From positions 1 through 25,739 of IMG/VR virus record IMGVR_UViG_3300031655_000038: 25,739 bases of DNA. One strand, written 5' to 3'. The position numbers were made by a program, and so were the translations under genes. Below the pieces are notes generated by a model. The model saw only the letters and a program-made list of their open reading frames with translations, ran no database searches and had not been told where the DNA came from. The DNA is from a virus (Duplodnaviria; Caudoviricetes). Below are positions 19,527 to 25,658 of this stretch, piece after piece. Position 1 is the stretch's first letter, and each line of letters opens with the position of its first letter.

Positions 19527-19779
19527 CGTACTCCTTTTCTAAGGCTGTCCATAAGCCTGCTGCGAAAGACATGGAGCCTGTTGCGGATACTAACTCGTCA
19601 AGGTCAAGTCCATCATTATTTTCACCTTCAACTTTAGTTATTTCCCATTCTAGCTCACCACCTTCTGCTGGGTAGCAATCTTCAGGCATTGCGTTTACTC
19701 TCTCTGGTATTGGCATACTTATGATGCCTACATCTACGTCTAGGGTGAAGTCCCCAATCTTAATTGTTACATTCCTCAT
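19516..19779 (-). CDS. Acidic hypothetical protein
   Basis: Start MRNV after GGAGG; contains PEDCYPAEGGELEWEI. Confidence 0.75.
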   Translation of the reverse strand: MRNVTIKIGDFTLDVDVGIISMPIPERVNAMPEDCYPAEGGELEWEITKVEGENNDGLDLDELVSATGSMSFAAGLWTALEKEYGDD

Positions 19780-19961
19780 AGATACCTCCATTGAATTACG
19801 GTGTATAGTGGTATGCTATGACTATCTACATAGCTTAACTCACTATTTAGTTTTGCATGTTTTATTACATTTGTTTCACCATCATCATCAAGGATGACAA
19901 GTAACGGTTTGTTGGGTTTTGGAAGATGATTCACATCTTTCCAGCTTCCGAATATTGTCAT
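19776..19961 (-). CDS. Hypothetical protein
   Basis: Start moved to MTIFGSW (GGAGG SD, ATGA overlap); W..V..LP...V.QWRYL pattern. Confidence 0.7.
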   Translation of the reverse strand: MTIFGSWKDVNHLPKPNKPLLVILDDDGETNVIKHAKLNSELSYVDSHSIPLYTVIQWRYL

Positions 19962-20134
19962 GCTAATTCCTCCATAGTTAAACCATGCTTTTTGGCTATT
20001 GCACAATCTTCAATATAGGCGACTAGCTTATGTCGTTTAGCTAGGCCTGTTTTGACTAACTCGTTATGTCGTTTAGTCTTTGCTTTTTCTTTATCTAATA
20101 TCTTTTTCAGGCTTTGTTCTTTTGTGAATACCAT
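19958..20134 (-). CDS. 58-aa basic hypothetical protein (not in ORF track)
   Basis: MVFTKEQSLKKILDKEKAKTKRHNEL...MEELA*, GGAG SD, ATGA coupling. Confidence 0.6.
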   Translation of the reverse strand: MVFTKEQSLKKILDKEKAKTKRHNELVKTGLAKRHKLVAYIEDCAIAKKHGLTMEELA

Positions 20135-20306
20135 TAGATTTTCTCCGGTCTTTGAAGTCAGTTATGGAATAGTCGGACACGTCTAGTTCAATCCAATAAG
20201 AGTTATTGGCTTCGGATGTGTATAGGAAATTCCTTTGTTCGTGGCTTACTTCATCATTAGAGATTTCTAATGAATCTATTAAGTCTTCTATCTTATCAGT
20301 GCTCAT
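20091..20306 (-). CDS. Hypothetical protein
   Basis: 71-aa ORF with AGGAG SD. Confidence 0.7.
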   Translation of the reverse strand: MSTDKIEDLIDSLEISNDEVSHEQRNFLYTSEANNSYWIELDVSDYSITDFKDRRKSNGIHKRTKPEKDIR

Positions 20307-20348
20307 AAGGCACTCCTTTTTTAGTTATTTAGTTAAGTATAACATGTA

Positions 20349-20657
20349 TTACACTATGTACGCTGCTACTAAAAATCCTAGTATGAACCCTGTTATAAGG
20401 GCTGAATAGCCGATTAGCATGTTACTACTTTTAACTTTTCCTTTTGCTTTTACTACTTTTTCTACTTTTACTTTTGGGTTTATCCTATTTCTAGGTTTTA
20501 GTGATTTCTTTAGAGTGGTTATCTGGTTGTAGATACCCTTCTCTGTACGACTTAGTTGAATAGCTATTGTTTCAGGGTGCATACCTTTATGGTACTTATC
20601 CCATATTAGTTTATTCTCCCTAGCTGTGTAGGGTTTGTTGTTTCGTGTATTATTCAT
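20349..20657 (-). CDS. Myb/GcrA-like HTH protein with C-terminal TM anchor
   Basis: YTARENKLIW...PETIAIQLSRTEKGIYNQI, basic linker, hydrophobic tail. Confidence 0.7.
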   Translation of the reverse strand: MNNTRNNKPYTARENKLIWDKYHKGMHPETIAIQLSRTEKGIYNQITTLKKSLKPRNRINPKVKVEKVVKAKGKVKSSNMLIGYSALITGFILGFLVAAYIV

Positions 20658-20686
20658 GGTTATTCTCCGTTATTTTTTAACATTTT

Positions 20687-20992
20687 TTATATAAAGTCAT
20701 CTGTGTCGTCACGACAAGCTTTTATAAACTTCCTTCTTTTTCTAGGATGCTCACTTGCATGAAATCCTATCCAAGCAAGTTCAGACATCATAGTTCCGCA
20801 CATTTCATAATTTAAGTTTAGTCTTTTTCTATACTTAATTATTGCAGCTGCGAATACTTTTAGCTGTTTTTTATACTCAACTAACGATTGGTCTTTACCT
20901 GCATCATCATCGACAACTCTGAATTCAAAGTTTGCCGCGAAATATGCTAGGTCACTTGCCATTTCTATTAGATTTTCTTCTTCATTGGTCAT
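20687..20992 (-). CDS. Hypothetical protein
   Basis: 101-aa ORF with GGAG SD. Confidence 0.7.
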   Translation of the reverse strand: MTNEEENLIEMASDLAYFAANFEFRVVDDDAGKDQSLVEYKKQLKVFAAAIIKYRKRLNLNYEMCGTMMSELAWIGFHASEHPRKRRKFIKACRDDTDDFI

Positions 20993-21008
20993 ACATTACT
21001 CCGTTTAA

Positions 21009-21365
21009 TTAATACCAAAGGGCTTGATAGTATTCTCCGAATAGCTTAAATCCTTCTTGCATTTTCTCGTCAGAATTTGGATCTGTATCCTCAAACTCCA
21101 TCAACTTATGCTCAAATGCATATATCATTCTGTCTTGTATTTGTTCCCATTTGGCCCTAGTTAAATTTCCGGGGTAACAATGGGTGGTTTCTTTAAGCTG
21201 TTTAAGCATAGGTAGAATAATACAAGCAAGGGTGTGATCCATGCTAAATGTGTCGTATGTGTCTATCTTGACTTTGACAGACTGTTTAGGACTATAGTTA
21301 AACCAGCTGTACAGTAGGCCGTGATAGAACCTATATTTTGGATAATTTCCAATTTTTACTTTCAT
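21009..21365 (-). CDS. Phage hypothetical protein
   Basis: D.FSMDHTLA.IILPMLKQLK...MIYAF...GFKLFG.YY.ALW resembles a widespread phage protein of unknown function. Confidence 0.75.
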   Translation of the reverse strand: MKVKIGNYPKYRFYHGLLYSWFNYSPKQSVKVKIDTYDTFSMDHTLACIILPMLKQLKETTHCYPGNLTRAKWEQIQDRMIYAFEHKLMEFEDTDPNSDEKMQEGFKLFGEYYQALWY

Positions 21366-21371
21366 AACTTT

Positions 21372-21599
21372 TTACTCCTTATTGTAATAATCTGCAGCAG
21401 ATTGTGCAGAACTAATTGCTTTAAGAATTTGTTTACAGGTTCCTAAAGATATGGCTTTTCCATCTTCTAATACTAAAAATATATTGACTTTATCGGGATG
21501 TTTTATTACCCCAGTATTGGACATTATGTTTGCATTAACTTTGTTGAAGGTTAATGCAGTTGGATAAACTTCATTTAAGTTGGTTATAAAATGATTCAT
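21372..21599 (-). CDS. Hypothetical protein
   Basis: 75-aa ORF with AGGAG SD. Confidence 0.7.
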   Translation of the reverse strand: MNHFITNLNEVYPTALTFNKVNANIMSNTGVIKHPDKVNIFLVLEDGKAISLGTCKQILKAISSAQSAADYYNKE

Positions 21600-21624
21600 G
21601 CTATTTCTCCTTATTGGTTGTTTA

Positions 21625-21682
21625 AAATACTTCTACGAAAGCTAATCCTTATTTCTAAGGATCAGCCTTGAGGGAAATATTT
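21625..21682 (-). promoter_or_regulatory. Long intergenic hairpin (RNase III-like processing site or terminator)
   Basis: Minus strand AAGGCTGATCCTTA-GAAA-TAAGGATTAGCTTT with outer stem AAATATTTC/GAAGTATTT. Confidence 0.65.
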
Positions 21683-21692
21683 CTAACTTAGA

Positions 21693-22139
21693 CTAGAAGT
21701 CTTCGTTATGAAACAGTTCTGGAGATTGATCTACAATCTCACTTACTGCCACTAGTTCTTTGACTAGAATGGCGTTCAGTTGGTGGCCGTAACCACTTTC
21801 TGAATAACTTGAAGGATAGATCTCTAACTTCAGATCAACTACACTTCCATTGCCTATCATTGCTGATGAGGGATTCTTATCAGCATCTAATAGCACTAGA
21901 GGGCGTTTCTGCACGCCCCTTTGTGTATTAGAGTAGCGACGGAAGTTAAAGCCTGAAATAGACTCACCTCCAGCAATAGCCGCTTCAGTTGGAACAATAC
22001 CATACTGAGCCAGTTTGATCTGGTCATCAGTGCTGATATTGCTAAAGAAAGCGGAGACTTCAGCGCCATACCCGTTGTTAGCAGGTGTAGTTAGACGTGA
22101 GAAGTTTACTACTGCTGACTTAATTACTAATGTACTCAT
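21693..22139 (-). CDS. Second SSB-like protein (paralog of 12973-13464), early region
   Basis: LLDADK...IGNGS...LNAILVKELV and acidic tail ending EDF; aligns by eye with the replication SSB. Confidence 0.75.
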   Translation of the reverse strand: MSTLVIKSAVVNFSRLTTPANNGYGAEVSAFFSNISTDDQIKLAQYGIVPTEAAIAGGESISGFNFRRYSNTQRGVQKRPLVLLDADKNPSSAMIGNGSVVDLKLEIYPSSYSESGYGHQLNAILVKELVAVSEIVDQSPELFHNEDF

Positions 22140-22206
22140 TTAATACTCCAATTTAAGACCTTTTGATTGAGTGGTCTACCGACTATATCGGGTTCTAACT
22201 CTGGTT

Positions 22207-22260
22207 AGAGACTTAATTGCCTCTCAGAAAGCCCCGTAAGGGCTTTGCAAGATTCAACTA
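22207..22260 (-). repeat. Structured intergenic repeat, copy A
   Basis: AGAGACTTAATTGCCTCTCAGAAAGCCCCGTAAGGGCTTTGCAAGATTCAACTA, near-identical to 22931-22983. Confidence 0.85.
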
Positions 22261-22902
22261 CCAACTTGCTCCATGTTTATTTAATTTAAGTTTAGCTTCA
22301 TCAATACTTGGCCACGACCTTTTACTTTGTTTATTTGGTAGTAACTTCATATTGACAATGACCTTATGACCTAAGGTAACTTTATTGCCATGATTCTTTT
22401 GATAGTATTCTACTAACAATTCTCTTTCCTCTTCCATGGAAAGACCCATTTTTCGGTGAGAATCATACGTACTCTTTGTGCTTTCTAATACGAAGAATAC
22501 ATCATCTTTCGTATGCACACGGACTACGTTGTTGGTAACATTATCGAATCCTACTACAATTATTTTTTTGAATCTTGTACTAGCTTTTTCTCTTTCAACT
22601 TTCTTTCGACTTTTTGGTAGTAATTTTATATTGGTAACTACATTATGATCTTTAGTAATTTGATTACCATAATCACGAACATAGTATTCTACTTGTAAGA
22701 CTCTCTTTTCTTCCATAGAAGAACCTAGCTTTCGCCAAGCATTACGAGTATTTTTTACTTTTTCGAATACCATGAAGACATCCCCTGCATGTGTATGTAC
22801 TCGTATTATATTGTCGGCAACATTACCGAAGCTTTCTACATAAATCCTTTTATACTTTGTAGGAGTTCCCTGCTCCTTGACTTCTGCTCTTGTTCTTGTC
22901 AT
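22258..22902 (-). CDS. Hypothetical protein with two tandem ~80-aa repeats
   Basis: K.I.V..F.NV..N..RVHT..DVF.V.E...RK.G.SMEE.R.L.VEYY....GN..T..H.V..N.KLLP occurs twice. Confidence 0.85.
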   Translation of the reverse strand: MTRTRAEVKEQGTPTKYKRIYVESFGNVADNIIRVHTHAGDVFMVFEKVKNTRNAWRKLGSSMEEKRVLQVEYYVRDYGNQITKDHNVVTNIKLLPKSRKKVEREKASTRFKKIIVVGFDNVTNNVVRVHTKDDVFFVLESTKSTYDSHRKMGLSMEEERELLVEYYQKNHGNKVTLGHKVIVNMKLLPNKQSKRSWPSIDEAKLKLNKHGASW

Positions 22903-22930
22903 AATACTTTCCTTATTTATTTAATTAAAC

Positions 22931-22983
22931 AGAGACTAATTGCCTCTCAGAAAGCTCCATAAGAGCTTTGCGAGATTCAACTA
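22931..22983 (-). repeat. Structured intergenic repeat, copy B
   Basis: AGAGACTAATTGCCTCTCAGAAAGCTCCATAAGAGCTTTGCGAGATTCAACTA. Confidence 0.85.
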
Positions 22984-23328
22984 CAGAAGATTATATACTG
23001 TACTACGACTTAGTCCAGTTAATTCTGCTATTTGATTTGTCATACCTGACCATGTTCTTAAAGATTCTATATGATTTATGTTATACTCGTTTATATTATC
23101 TATAGCCCTTAATTGTTCTCTCAACCATGTTCTAGGCCTTACTTTTTCCATTAACATTTCTATTTTTTCTTTTCTTCTTAACATGCGATACACATCTTCA
23201 TGTATTAGTATGTCCCTTACCTGTTCTATTACAGTTTTTTGATCAGCTTGTAATACTGCGGCCCTATATGTTTGGCCTGAGTTAATAAATTTAGACATAT
23301 TGTTTATTTCCCTATTTTTGCGACCCAT
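22981..23328 (-). CDS. Protein with C-terminal HTH
   Basis: TNQIAELTGLSRSTVYNLL. Confidence 0.75.
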   Translation of the reverse strand: MGRKNREINNMSKFINSGQTYRAAVLQADQKTVIEQVRDILIHEDVYRMLRRKEKIEMLMEKVRPRTWLREQLRAIDNINEYNINHIESLRTWSGMTNQIAELTGLSRSTVYNLL

Positions 23329-23352
23329 AAATGACCTGCTAGGCCTAGTTTA

Positions 23353-23643
23353 TTAATAGCTAATAAATAGCTACACATAGTTGACCTGCTGATAGGTAAA
23401 ATCATAGGTCAACTGCTATTAACCCTAATATTTGTGTTAATAACCTTAAGAACAATAAGGCATTAATAGAATATTAGAGAATATATTAGTAATATCCTGA
23501 TACCTATAAGTTGAACTTATATAGGAGAGATTATACTGAGGGGAATTCAGGTATAATCTAACCTCAGTATCAGGATATTCTGATATATTCTGGGGTATTT
23601 AGGGGTGATGGGGGGATTGTTTTTCGTCTCCCTCAAAACCCCC
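23353..23643. ncRNA. Candidate highly structured non-coding element (ncRNA or cruciform/origin)
   Basis: ORF-free gap with many nested inverted repeats, e.g. 23379-87/23406-14, 23353-60/23415-22, 23491-503/23567-79, 23528-36/23551-59. Confidence 0.45.
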
Positions 23644-23693
23644 AGCTCTTCTGTCGATTCCTAGCCTGTTGGCCAAGAAATCGACGTTTGGGT

Positions 23694-23942
23694 CTATATT
23701 AGGTCAGCAAACTCTAAGGTTATACCCTTGTGGACTTGGTATAGCCCCCAGAGCCTCTGAGCTTCCTCTATTGTTATAAAGTCTGCATTATAATCTGAAT
23801 TCAGCCTTTGAGCCATGGCCTCATTTAACCCACCTGACGCTACTATTGCATTGGGATACAACCCCTTTAAATAGAGGTTATAGTTATTTAGGGACTTTTT
23901 AATCGTTACCCCATTACGATCTATAGGTATAGACATATTCAT
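23694..23942 (-). CDS. Hypothetical early protein
   Basis: 82-aa ORF with AAGGA SD, followed by a minus-strand hairpin (23653-23685). Confidence 0.7.
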   Translation of the reverse strand: MNMSIPIDRNGVTIKKSLNNYNLYLKGLYPNAIVASGGLNEAMAQRLNSDYNADFITIEEAQRLWGLYQVHKGITLEFADLI

Positions 23943-23999
23943 TCCTTATTAATGTTTATTAATTTTATTAAAGGGATATATAAGAAGAAACTATGTATG

Positions 24000-24043
24000 T
24001 TTACCCTTAAATTACCCTTAGATTACCCTATAATTACCTAAGG
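24000..24043. repeat. Four degenerate 11-bp tandem repeats (ATTACCCTTAR)
   Basis: tttacccttaa attacccttag attaccctata attacctaagg. Confidence 0.75.
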
Positions 24044-24090
24044 GAGGCCCCCTTCCTTTTAGGGTGCTATCCCGAGATCCTTGCGGTGTA

Positions 24091-24234
24091 TCACATGTTA
24101 TCGGGGTCTGAGTGATACGTTGTTAGGTTACAGTCCTCGTAGTAGTTATCATCGTAGATAACTTCTCTTGTTAGGAGGATAGCTGTAGCACATAGGATGA
24201 TTGTTGAGGCTACAATAGCCTTTGCCACATCCAT
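24091..24234 (-). CDS. 47-aa peptide with N-terminal hydrophobic segment (not in ORF track)
   Basis: MDVAKAIVASTIILCATAILLTREVIYDD...NM*, TAATG-coupled to the upstream gene. Confidence 0.5.
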   Translation of the reverse strand: MDVAKAIVASTIILCATAILLTREVIYDDNYYEDCNLTTYHSDPDNM

Positions 24235-24452
24235 TATTGAAAAGACCTATCGATACGACAAGTCTCACCGTCACGATAGATATCCGAGCGTTCAACCCCC
24301 TGAGAGACCCAGTGGGCTATACAGGTATTCTGTAGATCCCACTGGGATTTGAAGATCCCGTGGTTAATATAGAGGGACGTGGCTAGCATCCCAAGCGATA
24401 GCATTATGCACATACCAATGGTTAGTACACAACAAAACTTTACAGCGCTCAT
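24234..24452 (-). CDS. Small membrane-anchored protein
   Basis: AGGAGG SD before ATG 24452; N-terminal TM segment, then CIA...GVERSDI....TC. Confidence 0.75.
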   Translation of the reverse strand: MSAVKFCCVLTIGMCIMLSLGMLATSLYINHGIFKSQWDLQNTCIAHWVSQGVERSDIYRDGETCRIDRSFQ

Positions 24453-24521
24453 AGGCACCTCCTTAGTTAAAGCATTAGTGCTTTCTAAAAGGACCCGTAC
24501 TCTTGAGGCCTTTTAAAAGAA

Positions 24522-24929
24522 CTAACCACCCATAGAGCATTGAAACACGTCAGGCTCTTTAGATTCGGACTTAGACCAACGAGCTTCAGCGTTAACCAAG
24601 ACTCTTTCTGGATCATGCCAAGCATTCCAAGCAGCACGATCAGCCAAGAAGGCTTCACTCGCCAAGAATTCAGACATAGCCAAATCAGCAATAGCCCGAC
24701 ATTCAGCAGCCATTTCTTCCGCACGGAACTGAATGGCTTCATCCTCTACAGCAGCAGAGAATTCCCAGTCACCAGCATCAGCCAAGGCAACAATACGACG
24801 CGCCTCCTTCAACTGGGCAGCAGCGATTAAGCGACGTTCACCACGATCACGGCCTTGAGAGCCTGTCGTATCCCCAACACGTTCAGCTTCTTCTAAGCAA
24901 GCCAAACCACTAAAATTAAAATTCCACAT
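24522..24929 (-). CDS. Ala/Glu-rich helical early protein (second gene of the arm)
   Basis: GGAGGTTGTT-ATG at 24929 (MWNFNF...), 135 aa, net acidic. Confidence 0.8.
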   Translation of the reverse strand: MWNFNFSGLACLEEAERVGDTTGSQGRDRGERRLIAAAQLKEARRIVALADAGDWEFSAAVEDEAIQFRAEEMAAECRAIADLAMSEFLASEAFLADRAAWNAWHDPERVLVNAEARWSKSESKEPDVFQCSMGG

Positions 24930-25034
24930 AACAACCTCCAGCAGACGCCCCCACAGCGATACGACACACCACGAGGGGCAAAGAGGTGTGAAGAAAGGAA
25001 GGACCTTTACAAAGGAGCCAAGACGGACCCTTTG

Positions 25035-25066
25035 AAAAGAACCCACGCCCCCCGAGAGGAGCGCAG
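25035..25066 (-). terminator. A-free hairpin plus U-tract after the adenine-free gene
   Basis: Minus strand CTGCGCTCCT-CTCG-GGGGGCGTGG then GTTCTTTT; the stem uses only G-C and G-U pairs. Confidence 0.6.
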
Positions 25067-25076
25067 AAAACAGCGG

Positions 25077-25496
25077 TTACAAAGCAGCAAGGCCGCAGAA
25101 GTAACCAGAACAAACGGAACCACGAGCACCCGGAGCACCGAGCACAGAGACCACGGCACCAGAGGCAAGAGCGGAGCGAACAGAAGCCGCAAGGGAAACC
25201 GCAGCAGGACCACCGAAGCCACCGGGAAGACCGGAGACAAGACAGCAGAACGAGGCACCAGAGGCGAGCGAGACAAGCACACCGGAACGACGAGGGCACC
25301 AGCCCACAGAGGCCACGACACCCGAGGCGACGGGAACAAAGCGAGACGCAGGCACAGACCCGGCACGCCCGAGGGAGAGCGAGGCAGGAGCGAACGGAAC
25401 GAAGGCAACGGCAGGAGCCACGGCAACAGGAGCAGCAACAGGGGCCGAACGAACGAAACCAACGGGAAGAACAAACGAAGGAGAGAAAGAAGACAT
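25077..25496 (-). CDS. Adenine-free first early gene, 139 aa (MSSFSPSFVLPVG...GYFCGLAAL)
   Basis: The only sense-strand A's in 25034-25628 are the ATG (25496), an in-frame TAC (25102) and the TAA (25078, 25077). An SD-like GGTGGTG precedes the ATG. Confidence 0.8.
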   Translation of the reverse strand: MSSFSPSFVLPVGFVRSAPVAAPVAVAPAVAFVPFAPASLSLGRAGSVPASRFVPVASGVVASVGWCPRRSGVLVSLASGASFCCLVSGLPGGFGGPAAVSLAASVRSALASGAVVSVLGAPGARGSVCSGYFCGLAAL

Positions 25497-25658
25497 AACA
25501 AACACCACCGCGCGGAAAGAGGGCCAAGCACGGACAACACCCACGGCCAAGACGGCCAGCCCACGGCACCGGACGACCCGGAACAGCAGGAGCAGAAGGG
25601 GGGGACCCCGGAAAAAAAAGGGAACCCCTCCCCCCCTCACTGTACCTATCCCGCATAG

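Noticed and set aside
5848-20409. Plus-strand ORFs of 60-124 aa opposite the minus-strand genes
   Set aside because: They are antisense shadows of a tightly packed operon with well-supported genes.
22207-22983. 54-bp repeats as a CRISPR array or IS ends
   Set aside because: Only two direct copies about 720 bp apart, separated by a gene; no cas or transposase gene.
23353-23643. tRNA, hammerhead ribozyme or group I intron
   Set aside because: No T-loop/D-loop consensus, no CUGANGA...GAAA core in a proper junction, and no interrupted gene.
24485-24830. ORFs 24485-24742(-) and 24540-24830(+)
   Set aside because: They overlap the better-supported 24522-24929 gene, which has a clear GGAGG SD.
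25034-25628. T-free tract as a simple repeat or sequencing artefact
   Set aside because: It is non-periodic, and its exceptions fall on start, Tyr and stop codons in one frame. An artefact is unlikely, though reads were not available to check.
24916-25658. Long overlapping ORFs 25032-25658(+), 24916-25656(-), 25007-25564(-) and the 5' extension of the A-free ORF to 25640
   Set aside because: Stop codons need both T and A, so all six frames are open in a tract lacking T on one strand. Only the 25496-25077 frame has an ATG, an SD and a stop that account for the rare A's.
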